A stretch of 60,887 nt of DNA, filler included, from Barthelona sp. PAP020 (Eukaryota): the NCBI GenBank assembly GCA_040182905.1. It is 2 parts of 2 records of this genome, joined end to end, with 100 filler letters (N's around TTAATTAATTAA, not from the genome) between each part and the next. Parts side by side here need not be neighbours in the genome. Positions count along the whole stretch, not along the records: positions 30,526 to 60,887 come from JARQWU010000114.1; 1 more part is not named here. The stretch is one strand, 5' to 3'. Under the pieces are notes generated by a model that made no database searches, had not been told where the DNA came from, and worked only from the letters and a program-made list of their open reading frames with translations. Positions 30,526-41,785 of this stretch are shown piece by piece; within the stretch, counting starts at the first letter, position 1; every line of letters begins with the position of its first letter. Made by a program: the position numbers and the translations under genes.

Positions 30526-30700
30526 CATCTTCATATGTAAAATCTTTGGCAAATATATTTTCTAACCATTTTAATATTGTAAATAAATCAGAAAAAGTGG
30601 AATCATCTTTAATGATGTCAAAATCGCATTCATCATTTAAAACATGATCTTCACGTTGTTCACGTATTAATGAATACAATTCATAAGTGTCGGAATCCAT
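30526..30700 (-). CDS. Nup107/Nup84-like nucleoporin, 5' fragment cut by the contig end
   Basis: DTYELYSLIREQR...DSTFSDLFTILKWLENIFAKD resembles the Nup107 TW.L...R...DS......VV.WLE.IAKD segment; the frame runs into the Ns. Confidence 0.55.
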
Positions 30701-30757
30701 CTTGTTTTGATAAAAAATATTCTTATTCTTTAGTTTTTTTTAATTCACACCAACATT

Positions 30758-32542
30758 ATGAGTAACCAATCGAAAGTAAGTTGGGGTGTTTTAGAACAAA
30801 TACGACAATTCCCCGAAACCGATATTAAACCAATTTTACAAATTTTATCAATACGAAAACAAAATATTGATGGTTTTCGCAGCCATGTTACCGATGGTAA
30901 GGAAGTTTGTTACCTTTTAACAACAGGAAACCAAAGACAAAATATTGATTTGACGGGTTTTGATATTAAACTTTTAGATTATAAAGCTAAATATCAAAAA
31001 GGATACTTTTTATTGATTGTTCAAAATTTTGAACTGATTGATAACAATCCCAAAGATTTTTTGATTGATAGGAATACAAAACCAATGAAATTTCCTTCAG
31101 ATATGAGTAATAGCATTGTAAAGAGCAGTAATACATTTTTAAAACGTCCAGAATCATCATTAACCTCTTCAATAATGTCTTCCTCTTCAGTTTCAGTATC
31201 TAATCCATTGGGGAAGCAATTAATTAAAATTGGACGATTGAATGCTGCGACAGATGGAAGAAATAAAGGAATATTGGGCCGAATTACTAGCGTGGGCAAA
31301 TTGTTCGATGGTGTTTCCAAAAGAGATGGTAAGCCTTTTGTTGCATTCAATTTCAATATGACTGATGAAACTCAAGAGATTCGTGTCAGTTGTTATTCAG
31401 AAGTTGCTACCAGATTGAATCACATAATTGAAGAGGGCAAATGTTATTATTTGAGTGGATTTTCTATTCGGGTTGTTGATGGAAAACAAGCTATTTATGC
31501 GCCTGGACAATATCAACTGAATGCTTTGTCCAATTGTGAGGTAATTGAATGTAGAGACCTATCATTAACGTCAAAATTACCGATGTTGAAACTGGAAATC
31601 ATACCAATCCAATCCATTTGTCAAATGGAAGTAAATTCTATGTTGGATGTTGTGTGTGTTGTTCGATCTGAGGAAGAGGCCATTTCTTTGAGATTACGCA
31701 GTGGTAGGGACACTGAAAAGAAAGATTTGACAGTTGTTGATCAATCAAATCAATGGATAAGATTAACTCTCTGGGGAGATTTAGCTCAAACTTCTTTACC
31801 ACAGGGGACAATTTTTGCATTGAAAACTTGCAGAGTTGGTGAATTCAATGGCAGGAAGAATCTATCTAGTTCATTTAACAGCAAGATAATTATTAATCCG
31901 TCAATTATTGAAGCTAATGGTTTGAATAAAGTTGATTATTCCAATGCTGTTTCATTGGAACAAGATTCTGGATTTGATAATCAGCAAAGAAAAAGAAATT
32001 TAAGGTCTATTGAATCCATCAAGAATGATGTGACGTTGGGATCAAATTTGGAGAAGGCAGATTTTGTCAACACTCAAGTTTGTGTTTTTAATTTGCGGGC
32101 TGTTGGTAATTCAGATGATTTTTGGTACTCTTCTTGTCCAAGTGGCAATCATAACAAGAAAGTTACAGAAGATAATGGTGTTTATTATTGTGCTGCTTGT
32201 CAAACTAATTATACAACTTGCAATTATTCATATCTCTTTCAAATGCTGTTAAAAGATGAAACTGGGAATCTTTCTGCCACAGCATTGGGAGAAAATGTTG
32301 GAAGTGCTTTGTTTGGTTGTTGCGCTAAGGAATTATGCGAATTCAAAGAGGCGGATCCTGATGAATATCGAGCAAGAGTTAAAAATGTGGAAGGATCTGA
32401 TTTTGAGCTCACATTGACTGTAAAAACAGAAAGTTATCAAGGAGTAAATAGATTGAAGTATAATGTATTTAGATGCAAAAGGATGGATTATTCTGTTGAA
32501 TTAAAGAACTTATTATTGGAATTAAAAGAGCTTGATGTGTGA
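30758..32542 (+). CDS. RPA1: Replication protein A, 70-kDa subunit
   Basis: Four OB folds: PILQIL, DETQEIR, IRLTLWG, VGEFNGRKNLS, WYSSCP..NKKV..YYCAAC, LKDETG. Confidence 0.95.
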   Translation: MSNQSKVSWGVLEQIRQFPETDIKPILQILSIRKQNIDGFRSHVTDGKEVCYLLTTGNQRQNIDLTGFDIKLLDYKAKYQKGYFLLIVQNFELIDNNPKDFLIDRNTKPMKFPSDMSNSIVKSSNTFLKRPESSLTSSIMSSSSVSVSNPLGKQLIKIGRLNAATDGRNKGILGRITSVGKLFDGVSKRDGKPFVAFNFNMTDETQEIRVSCYSEVATRLNHIIEEGKCYYLSGFSIRVVDGKQAIYAPGQYQLNALSNCEVIECRDLSLTSKLPMLKLEIIPIQSICQMEVNSMLDVVCVVRSEEEAISLRLRSGRDTEKKDLTVVDQSNQWIRLTLWGDLAQTSLPQGTIFALKTCRVGEFNGRKNLSSSFNSKIIINPSIIEANGLNKVDYSNAVSLEQDSGFDNQQRKRNLRSIESIKNDVTLGSNLEKADFVNTQVCVFNLRAVGNSDDFWYSSCPSGNHNKKVTEDNGVYYCAACQTNYTTCNYSYLFQMLLKDETGNLSATALGENVGSALFGCCAKELCEFKEADPDEYRARVKNVEGSDFELTLTVKTESYQGVNRLKYNVFRCKRMDYSVELKNLLLELKELDV

Positions 32543-33360
32543 ATTTATCACACACGTTTGTACATTTGTTTTTTTTTTGTTTGTGAAATTCATGTATTCT
32601 TTTTAGTGTTTTATCATTTTGACATTTATATATTGGGAAATTTTCATCAAAATTTTTAAGAGTCTTTCAAATTTATTATTTATTTATTGAAAAGTCTAGT
32701 GAAATAGAACCAAGTTTTGTTTGTTTTTTAATAAATTTTGTTCTTTGTTATTCTAAAAACTTGTTGTTTTTGTTGTTTTTTATCGGATATTGTGCCCTTT
32801 TGAAGATATTGTAACATTTTTGTGAAGTTATTTTTGAAGATTTATGGGAAACCAGATTCATTTTTAACTTTCAAATGCACATTTCATCTAATTAAATCAT
32901 GCCCCCTTTATTTTGGATAAGTTATCTCTATTTTTAATCTGATATTTGGTAAAAGTGCCATTTGGATTAGATTTTGAATTTTCTGAAAAAAAAAATAAAG
33001 AACAGGCAATTCAAAAACAATTATCAGCAAAATTTTAGTCAACGAAAACTATATGTGTTTATTTCATGTTCAAAGTTGAAAGACATTGGATGAATAAATG
33101 ACCAATTAATGAAAGGGTGGCAAAACTTGTTTGATAATGATGATTGAGCAATTGAAAAATTGTGATTCTTTGTACTGCCACTGATCATCTTCTAAATATT
33201 TGATTTCTCCACAATTAAGTAAAGAATGATTAAGTACCAAAGGGAAAGAAATCTGAAAGAATGTTTAAAGGGGTAATGCAGACAAAAAACTGATAAATTC
33301 CCGAAATGCCTTTTTCTTGGCAAAAATAAAATAAATAACTTTATAAAATGATGAAAACAG

Positions 33361-33870
33361 TTAATTAAATTCATCATTATCAAAATTCGAGATATCATCT
33401 GGAAAATCTAATGTTTCACTCCAAAACAATAGTTCTTCATATTCAGGATCATAATTCTCAACATTAGATACAATTGAGCGAGTTACTTTAATAGGATCAT
33501 ACAATAATTTCCAAGATGTGACAGAGTATTGAATAAGGTCAGAAAGAGAATTTTCCAAACACAATTCATCAAAACTTTGCACGTTTGATAATTTAATTCT
33601 AGGTATAATAAATATTCGATATACAATTGACGGGGGAAAATAAGGTCCAATAAAACGAAACCTGACAATTGGCAAAAATATGGAATTATCAATTGTTCGT
33701 AAAAGATCGGGCTCAAGTAATCGCAAACATTCTTCTGCTGTACATCGTGAAATAGAAATTAATGAACTCTTTAACCTTAAAAATTCTAATCTTCTTAAAT
33801 ATTCAGAGCAAAAATCCACAATCACCTTTCCAGCAATTGCTTTGGTAAGTTTTGCTTCCTTAATATCCAT
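33361..33870 (-). CDS. C11orf65/MFI-like protein
   Basis: VRFRFIGPYFPPSIVYRIF matches the family RFRLGG..FPP.I.YKIF motif; C-terminal ELLFWSETLDF. Confidence 0.7.
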   Translation of the reverse strand: MDIKEAKLTKAIAGKVIVDFCSEYLRRLEFLRLKSSLISISRCTAEECLRLLEPDLLRTIDNSIFLPIVRFRFIGPYFPPSIVYRIFIIPRIKLSNVQSFDELCLENSLSDLIQYSVTSWKLLYDPIKVTRSIVSNVENYDPEYEELLFWSETLDFPDDISNFDNDEFN

Positions 33871-34023
33871 TCATTATTGACAATTTTTCGCAAATAAAAA
33901 ATTGCCTTTTTCTTCATTCAAATTTTTTTTAATATATTTCTCAAATTGTTTGATTTTGTTTTGAATATAGTATGATTTATATCTAAATAATTATTGTGAA
34001 GTTAAAAAGAAAAGATAATTGAA

Positions 34024-35712
34024 ATGGCAAAAGAAAGAAACAGTGAAAATTTAAAACCAAATCGCTTAGACCAAGCGTCCACTTTAAATCATTTGTATAA
34101 CACATTGATTACAGCTCAACCCAAAGATAGACAGTTGATTCACGCTGAAATTGATGAGGATCATTTGAAACAAGTTTTTGACCTAGTTTCAAGTGAAGAT
34201 TTATCTGTAAAATTAAACGCAATTCGTACAGTAGCTGAGTTATTGAAGGATAATGAAGAAATGCGCCAGATTGTTTTGAAAGAAAAAGGATTATATATTG
34301 AAGACTACATCATTTTTAATATCCCTAAAAACATTTTTTCGTTATATTATAATGTTTTAGACAAACAAAATATTAAATATGATGATGAGAGTGATGAGTT
34401 TAGGAATGGTTTCATTGAATTTATTGGTGCTATTATTCGTAAGCACCCTGTAGAATTTAAGGAAGGCATGTGGTGTTTTCCCAAGTTTGAGTCAGATAAT
34501 CTTTCGTTTCCAGACCCTGAAGATACGATGATAGGTGTTCGAGAGGTTTTGTTCCATGAAGAAGAGTTACCTGAAGAGTTTAAGGATAAAGACGAACATG
34601 ATACCCTTGGATCATCCCTTAAGTCATCAAACAATCTTCGAAGAGTCTTATACAACCAAACTATTTCTTCCTCTTCACATCCATCGACCATTGCTTCTAT
34701 TACCATGTTTCCCAACAATTCTGATGCAATAAAGTCAGAAGTGATTGCAAAAAAAATTGAACGTAGTCGTGCAAAAAAACCAACTGGAAAGAGCACAAAG
34801 AAAGAGTCTCAATCACGCTTTGGAAAGACTATTGTCAAAAGCCTCATGACAAACTTAGATCGATCACAAATGGGTCAACCTCTCATTAGTGTTCCTGTTT
34901 CTTCGTTTAAATCCAAAGAGTTTGCCAAATTGGGAAATGAAGCGGTAACACTGCCTGCACCAGAAAGATTTGACCCACAAGACACCGTAAGTTTTGCTTT
35001 GAGTCCAAGTGTTATGGAGCACAGTTTTCAAAGTGTTAATTCTAAAAGAAGGTTGTTATCAGGGAAAACTCAAGCTACGGAAGAAGTTTATTTGAATAAA
35101 GGTTTGGAGTCATCCTTACGACATCCTAATTTTGTTGTAAGAACTGATCATTCAAACGGGATCACCTTGTTGTCTCCAAAAAAACGTACTTTTGATGATG
35201 AAGAAGATATATACGCTAGTCATGTACCTGTTCCACAATTACATTTTTCTTCCACCAACAGTGTGGACTTTAATGATGTAACAAGATATTCAACACCAAA
35301 ACAATCTCGTTTTCAGGTAGGAAGCCGAATCAGAAGACCTTCTTCAAGATTAAACAGTTTTAGTTCGACAGCAAATTCAAACCCTCTTCAAAGAACCACA
35401 CGATCATCATCAATAAGGCCTCAATCAGCTTGTTCCACTTCAAGATTAAATAAACAATCTTCCACATCTAGATCCAATTCCAGTTCAATTTCTAAACATG
35501 TAATGTCACATAAAAACAATGATTTGGTTTTCAGAATTCAAGAACAAATTTTATCTGATAATGTAGGTTTTGAAAAGGTTAGAATGGATGCACGGAAGAG
35601 AAGTGAAATGAAAAAAAGGAAACGTGATAAGACAAGATCAGTGGGTGCTTTAAAAAAAACAATTGATTTTCCAGTCTATCCTCAACATTCTTTATCGTTG
35701 AAGAACATTTAA
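34024..35712 (+). CDS. Hypothetical protein with ARM/HEAT-like N-terminus and Ser/Arg-rich tail
   Basis: 562-aa ORF; LVSSEDLSVKLNAIRTVAELL. Confidence 0.7.
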   Translation: MAKERNSENLKPNRLDQASTLNHLYNTLITAQPKDRQLIHAEIDEDHLKQVFDLVSSEDLSVKLNAIRTVAELLKDNEEMRQIVLKEKGLYIEDYIIFNIPKNIFSLYYNVLDKQNIKYDDESDEFRNGFIEFIGAIIRKHPVEFKEGMWCFPKFESDNLSFPDPEDTMIGVREVLFHEEELPEEFKDKDEHDTLGSSLKSSNNLRRVLYNQTISSSSHPSTIASITMFPNNSDAIKSEVIAKKIERSRAKKPTGKSTKKESQSRFGKTIVKSLMTNLDRSQMGQPLISVPVSSFKSKEFAKLGNEAVTLPAPERFDPQDTVSFALSPSVMEHSFQSVNSKRRLLSGKTQATEEVYLNKGLESSLRHPNFVVRTDHSNGITLLSPKKRTFDDEEDIYASHVPVPQLHFSSTNSVDFNDVTRYSTPKQSRFQVGSRIRRPSSRLNSFSSTANSNPLQRTTRSSSIRPQSACSTSRLNKQSSTSRSNSSSISKHVMSHKNNDLVFRIQEQILSDNVGFEKVRMDARKRSEMKKRKRDKTRSVGALKKTIDFPVYPQHSLSLKNI

Positions 35713-35970
35713 TTTTAATAAATAAACTAATTAAATATTTGTTATTACATCTTATTGTTTGTTTGCAGTTTTTTTCATTTGAATGTAAGAGAATTTTTAT
35801 GTGGGAAAAGGATAATTGAAAAGAATTTTGCCAGATATTCAAACAAAAGCATGATTACTTGCATGATCTTATTAATTATAATAGGTTATAAGGATAAAAC
35901 AAAGAATATTTTTTTAAATAAATTGTATTTCATTTTTTTTATTTTTGTGAACATTTTCACAGTTTAACGA

Positions 35971-36855
35971 ATGAAAAACACAAAAGATTTTAATTACACA
36001 GCAATGACACGAATATTAAAACAGAATGATGAAAATGAAGGATCATCCAAAGTGAAATGTTTAACTGAACGTTTACATTCAACTAGAAATCGAACATTCA
36101 GAGAAAAAACAAATAAAACACCAGAAAAAATAGCTTTCTCTTCAACTAACAAACTTGAATTACCTAAACCAATATCTAGAGATGTTGTTGAAACATTTTT
36201 ACATCCAATGGATAAATTATTAATTGAAGATTTAGATGTAACAATATCAAAACAGTCGGCTTTACATCATTGGACAAAAGAAAATGTTGATTTTTTATTT
36301 AAACATACTGATATCAATGATAAAGGATATTTAACAAGTGAAAATATATATCGTAAAGTTTGGGGAAGAAAACGTTTGCTTGAAGATGATAAAAAAGTGT
36401 ATGACATGTGGGCGTTATTATTTCAAGCTTTATTTGGCAGTAATATATTTGTAAAGGAAAAAAAGGCCAAAAAAATGACTAGAATAAAAGCACAATATGA
36501 GACCACAACTTTGGAAAATTTTCAAAAACAGAAATCAAATTTTTTCAAAACAGGAAATGACACTTGTAGTTTTAAAGAAAAAATAGGCGGAAAAGATAAA
36601 AAGTCCCATGATTTAAGAAGGTTACGTGCAGAACATGAAGAAAAAAATTTGAAAATTTGTTATTCTTCAGAACCAATCACCACTCCTTTAGAAATATCAT
36701 TATTGACTTCAACAAGAGAAATAACAAAGACTTTTGGTAATATCGAGACTGAAACTGAAAAACAAATACACACAGATACTTTGTTGAAAGAAAAACCTGT
36801 AATAACTTTCAAATCTAAGAACAAATTTTTGAAAAATTTAATTCAAACGGAGTAA
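35971..36855 (+). CDS. Hypothetical basic protein with one EF-hand-like motif
   Basis: 294-aa ORF; LFKHTDINDKGYLTSENI. Confidence 0.7.
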   Translation: MKNTKDFNYTAMTRILKQNDENEGSSKVKCLTERLHSTRNRTFREKTNKTPEKIAFSSTNKLELPKPISRDVVETFLHPMDKLLIEDLDVTISKQSALHHWTKENVDFLFKHTDINDKGYLTSENIYRKVWGRKRLLEDDKKVYDMWALLFQALFGSNIFVKEKKAKKMTRIKAQYETTTLENFQKQKSNFFKTGNDTCSFKEKIGGKDKKSHDLRRLRAEHEEKNLKICYSSEPITTPLEISLLTSTREITKTFGNIETETEKQIHTDTLLKEKPVITFKSKNKFLKNLIQTE

Positions 36856-37253
36856 ATTTTTGTCTTTCTTATTGTATATCATTCTTTGCTAGTGTTACAG
36901 GATTTACAAATGATTCTGATTGCTTGCAAGAAATTTTGGCAAAGGGAAAGTGATTTGCTAACGTTTTTTACAAAAATGAAATAAATTTTCTTCAATCTTT
37001 TTACAAACAAAGCAAAAACTGACCACCCTTCATCCAAAGTTGTTGATCTCTGAAAAGAATTTACAAAACTCTTTGAAACAAGTAAATTATTTCAAATATT
37101 AACTGAAAACCTCAGCGTCAACCAACAAAATGCAGATTTCTCAAAAAAAATATGCCAGATGGTAAATTCCTTTACTTTTTGTGAAAAATGAAGAAAAAAT
37201 TATTTTTATATTTATTTCCGCACACACATAAACTCAACAATTTTTCAATTAAA

Positions 37254-40200
37254 TTATATTGAAGGATTGAGATCCAAGATATCCCCACAATTACCTTGTC
37301 TGTGCCATTCTAACTCTAATAAAGTAGCACCACTCCATGCTTGAGTTTCACATGAGTCATGACATTTGGTTCCATCTCCTTGTAACAATTCTGCAAGTCC
37401 ACCCCAATGAGACATTTCAATGTGTCTTGCAGCAGACAAACACAATTCATCACAAACCTTCTCATCTCCCAATAAAAATTCTGCCAAACCATGCATAAAA
37501 CTAGGCCATAACCAAGCTGGTCCTTGATGATAATTCCAACCTCTGGCTGATTCTCTATCAGGACCATCAATACTGTTTTCATAGTGTGATCTATAGGACC
37601 AATCGTCCGGAGACAATGAACGCATTCCTGGCATACAACCAATCAGTAATTTTTGTCTGGCCAAATGCAAATGTTGATAAGCATGAGTAGAATTAAACAA
37701 GAATGGAGCAATAGCCATAGCAACGGACACATTGCACCTTAATTGATAATCAGAATAACCACTGCTGCTGCCGGATGTATCACGATAATATCCACGAACA
37801 GATACAAAATTCTTGTCAATATTGTATAATTTATCAGCTGCTGGAGACAAAGGAATCCAATAAGTTGTTTCCCAACTCTCGCAAATTCGACTGAACCATT
37901 CATGAAAGGATTTTTTTCCATGACCAGTAATTACACCATCGTTCTTATAAATACCTGCATCATAAAAACGAATCAATTCCCTTAAAACATATGCTAATGC
38001 AGCAGATACCTCAATGGGAGCGCCATCTCTAGGAGTAGCTGGTAACCCATTTGTGCCAAACCGTTCACTTTCACCCATCTTGTCCATCCAAGTTCCACAA
38101 TTATGGGAAGAACCACCATATAACAAACCATTTGATTTCAATTTTATGGAAATATCAAAACCTTCATGTTTCATTCGACAATCAATCTTTGGTCCCGCAT
38201 TATGCTCTCTAAAAACTATACCATTGGCATGGTTCTGCATTATGGATTGAACAACATCTTCAACAGTCATTCCAACATGAGAAGTGATATATGAGTCCAT
38301 GCATTCTGGAACTTTTTCTTTTAGAATGGACTTTCCATTTGGTGCACAACGAATGTACATCATTAAAGCTCTTAAATAGAACCAAGTGGCATCACGAGCA
38401 TTATATCGGGGATTTCTACCTTCATCAATCAGATTTGGGATTAATCCTCTGTATTCAACAGCAGCTCCACCTAATAAAATCTGTCGAGCAGTTGCAAATT
38501 TACCGGTTGCCAAACACAATCCAGGTAAAGCCAAATAGGTGTCCCTACCCCAACATCTTGCCCAATCAGAAGCAAAATGAGGTAAACCAGCAGACATAGA
38601 AGGAATATCAGTTCCAGCAATCATGGATTTATCTGAAGAAATAAGTTGCATATGCATTAATGAAACAGCTGAAATGGTCGGTGATTTGTTGATCCAATCA
38701 GGTAATTTTTTAAAAAAGTCTTTAGTCAATTGATTATAACAATATTTGACAACAATCCATAAATTTCTGGGTCCTAAATATGCTGGAACTTCCCTAGCAT
38801 GCTTTAAACCCTCAATAACAGGCAATAATTCTTTGCAATTAGCTTCTTTAACAATGCCAATAACAAAATCATAAGCCCAAGGACCTTGTCTTAAGTTATC
38901 CATAACGGATCCGCCCATTTCACCACGTGTAATCAAGTCCTTCAAGAGCAAATACCATCCAGCAATTCCATGATAGACTGGTTCAATATCATGAAACCTG
39001 TAAATCTCATATCCTTCAGACTTAGCCCCATACAAAAGTTTTGTAATGACTTCAGTTGAAAGATTCAATGTCAAATTAGGTAATTTAGGACGTTTTGAAG
39101 AGGTAATCTTCAAAATACCAATTTCACCAGGTAACCATTTTGAAGTATCAATAAGAGTGCCTAAGTTTCTTCCTTCTCCTTCTAATTTTATATTGATTGG
39201 TTGATCAAAATCAATATTCAACGATTCCAACCCATTTAAGTATTGAGTATTATACTTCCAATCTGCTTTTTCCTTCTCAACAGGTACCGCATGAAAAACA
39301 ACATTGGAAGCGTTGCCAGGAATGTACAAATTCTTCAAATTGGATTCATGTTTCACAAAAGTAAAGGGTTCACCAAATGCAGTACGAATAATAAAAGCAT
39401 AACCTTCATCAGTAACAGGGTTTAATCTAGTGACGGACAAGAAATCACCATTTTGATGTGAATGTATCTCCACACAACCTTCTTCAAAAATAGAACGATG
39501 AAAGTCAAACAAAGCCTTTCTAAATCTGACAAAATTTTCATTTTGATGATATTTAAAATATTTTCGCTTTTCAGTCACAACAGATACTTCGTGTGGTAAT
39601 AAGTCGTTCATATGTCTAATTGTTCCTATTGAACAAGTGGCTGCAGATGAAATTACAGCTGATAACACCATACAATGTTGTACTCCACCTTTTTCAAAAG
39701 CGGTAGGATTATCATGAGTCATGTCATACAAAATAGATGGTAGATTGGATTGTTTGCAATAAGATGATGCAAATGGTTCTAAAGATCCAGTAGGAGGTCC
39801 ACCAGTTGAATATATGATAGACGATAATTGTTCTGTAGTTGTAGCAAATATAGTTTCTCGAACTAACGAATTAATACCAAGAGTCTCAACATAAATTTTA
39901 TCCGTATCTTGATTTCCACTGAATAATTCAGCAAAAAGATACATATTTGGTCTAACTTCTCTAGCACTATCAATTAAATACTCTCCAACGTTTAATGAAG
40001 TTGAATGAGCATTATCAATTCGAAAACCATCAAAATATTTGATTGTTAATTGCACATAGCATCTCATATATTCCCATAAAGTGGGATTATGACTGAATGA
40101 TTGACCATAGTTTAGTTTAACGCAATCTCCCCATATGATAACTTCTCTACGTCCAAAAAAGTTATGAGGTAAATATGCAGCAAAATCAGGAACTTCTGCA

Positions 40201-41606
40201 ATATTCAAACCCATGATCCATCCATTATTAACCAAAGGACACACACCATGCTTAGTATCAACTCGAGTAAAATAAGGATCACATAAAGGATGATCAGGTC
40301 CAATAGGATGACCATATCTGGGACCATCCAGATCAAGATATCTATATTGCATTGTGGCACGAATAGCATTCAAAGCACTTTCCTTATCTGAATTATACTT
40401 TTCATAACGTCCAATATTCATTGTTTCTAAAGCCTTCTTAACAGTTTCTCTCAATAAATGAGGTTGAGCAATGGTTGCTTCACCTTCAATATCATTGAAA
40501 AGATTTTCAACGATGTGTAAACAATCAATTGTTGTTGAAAACCTTCCATATCCGTGTTTAATTCCTTGTTCAAATCGATGAACTAATGTATCTATATCAA
40601 AACACACTCTATCTATCTCTACAATGGTTTTTAATCCTTCTAAACACTTTAAAACATTGGAAACTATCTGAGCAACATCCAAAACATAAAATTCCCAAAT
40701 CCTACACATTTCATAGGCTTTTTCAATCTCTGCAATAACCTTATCAATATCTTCACTGTTATTAATGTTCATTCCTTTTAAGCTAGGCTTTAATTCAACT
40801 CCATCTCTGAACCATACGTGATCAATTTCACGATTCATTGATTTTAAACTGATGTTATTTTGTTTATCTGTGATACCACCCCCACATAACTGTTGAATCA
40901 TTTCGTCCAAGGCAAACGCTTGTTTTAAATGAGGTGAATTTGTCATTGAATAACCAAATTCTGGATGTAAAGACAATATAGGTGCATTAGCAGCCATATG
41001 GTTCAAAACTACATCTTGAATCAATAAAAGACCATCAGCTCTAGCAGAATCAGCAACATCTCCAAGCATATCCCAATCTCCACAGTACTTTTTATCAATA
41101 TTTAAATGATCTGCAAGTGAATAAGCAGACTGTGATAATCCTAACTCACAAACTGGTGATAAATGTATCGCTGTTGCACCAGCTTCTTGACATAAAGTAA
41201 AATGGGTATTCCAATCTTGTAATGCCCCCATTTGTTTTGGTAACATTGAAGTAACAACCATTTTGTCATTCGCAATTGGATCAACAACAAATCTAAATGT
41301 TGGTGATGCTATACGTCCCTCAGGTGTATCATATTCCAAATAATAGATATAAGGACCAGCTATTATGGGTTTTAAAGTACATAAAAACGCTCCTGTTTCA
41401 TCAAAATGACAAATATCTTGACAATCAATGAAATTATATCTTGAATAAACATTATTTAAACAATTTGTATATAAAATAGGATTTGCATGTTCAAATCCCG
41501 TAAATCTTATTTCTAACGATTCATCCAAAATTATTCTTTTGACACATGATTCTTTGTATTGTAAATCAGCAATATAATGGGATATTTGTGTTTTTAAATG
41601 AATCAT
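37254..41606 (-). CDS. AGL: Glycogen debranching enzyme (4-alpha-glucanotransferase / amylo-1,6-glucosidase)
   Basis: DVVLNH, WGDCVKLNYG, GFRIDNAHST, THDN, AGLPHF, RCWGRDT, TWMDKMG, ATPRDG, YHQGPAW, QAWS. Confidence 0.97.
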   Translation of the reverse strand: MIHLKTQISHYIADLQYKESCVKRIILDESLEIRFTGFEHANPILYTNCLNNVYSRYNFIDCQDICHFDETGAFLCTLKPIIAGPYIYYLEYDTPEGRIASPTFRFVVDPIANDKMVVTSMLPKQMGALQDWNTHFTLCQEAGATAIHLSPVCELGLSQSAYSLADHLNIDKKYCGDWDMLGDVADSARADGLLLIQDVVLNHMAANAPILSLHPEFGYSMTNSPHLKQAFALDEMIQQLCGGGITDKQNNISLKSMNREIDHVWFRDGVELKPSLKGMNINNSEDIDKVIAEIEKAYEMCRIWEFYVLDVAQIVSNVLKCLEGLKTIVEIDRVCFDIDTLVHRFEQGIKHGYGRFSTTIDCLHIVENLFNDIEGEATIAQPHLLRETVKKALETMNIGRYEKYNSDKESALNAIRATMQYRYLDLDGPRYGHPIGPDHPLCDPYFTRVDTKHGVCPLVNNGWIMGLNIAEVPDFAAYLPHNFFGRREVIIWGDCVKLNYGQSFSHNPTLWEYMRCYVQLTIKYFDGFRIDNAHSTSLNVGEYLIDSAREVRPNMYLFAELFSGNQDTDKIYVETLGINSLVRETIFATTTEQLSSIIYSTGGPPTGSLEPFASSYCKQSNLPSILYDMTHDNPTAFEKGGVQHCMVLSAVISSAATCSIGTIRHMNDLLPHEVSVVTEKRKYFKYHQNENFVRFRKALFDFHRSIFEEGCVEIHSHQNGDFLSVTRLNPVTDEGYAFIIRTAFGEPFTFVKHESNLKNLYIPGNASNVVFHAVPVEKEKADWKYNTQYLNGLESLNIDFDQPINIKLEGEGRNLGTLIDTSKWLPGEIGILKITSSKRPKLPNLTLNLSTEVITKLLYGAKSEGYEIYRFHDIEPVYHGIAGWYLLLKDLITRGEMGGSVMDNLRQGPWAYDFVIGIVKEANCKELLPVIEGLKHAREVPAYLGPRNLWIVVKYCYNQLTKDFFKKLPDWINKSPTISAVSLMHMQLISSDKSMIAGTDIPSMSAGLPHFASDWARCWGRDTYLALPGLCLATGKFATARQILLGGAAVEYRGLIPNLIDEGRNPRYNARDATWFYLRALMMYIRCAPNGKSILKEKVPECMDSYITSHVGMTVEDVVQSIMQNHANGIVFREHNAGPKIDCRMKHEGFDISIKLKSNGLLYGGSSHNCGTWMDKMGESERFGTNGLPATPRDGAPIEVSAALAYVLRELIRFYDAGIYKNDGVITGHGKKSFHEWFSRICESWETTYWIPLSPAADKLYNIDKNFVSVRGYYRDTSGSSSGYSDYQLRCNVSVAMAIAPFLFNSTHAYQHLHLARQKLLIGCMPGMRSLSPDDWSYRSHYENSIDGPDRESARGWNYHQGPAWLWPSFMHGLAEFLLGDEKVCDELCLSAARHIEMSHWGGLAELLQGDGTKCHDSCETQAWSGATLLELEWHRQGNCGDILDLNPSI

Positions 41607-41785
41607 AATCAACCAAGAAAAGAAAATTTAATTAACAACAAAATGCAAATTTATTGTAAATCTCATTTATCAAGAAACTATTTGCGTAAAATCTTGGAAT
41701 AATTATTTATAATTAATAATTTAAAACAATAAAATACAAAAAAGAAAAAGAAATACAATTAAAAAAAAAAAACACAAAAACATTT

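Noticed and set aside
32120..32205. RPA1 zinc finger with His in place of the second Cys (CPSGNH..CAAC)
   Set aside because: His is still a zinc ligand; this is a minor variant.
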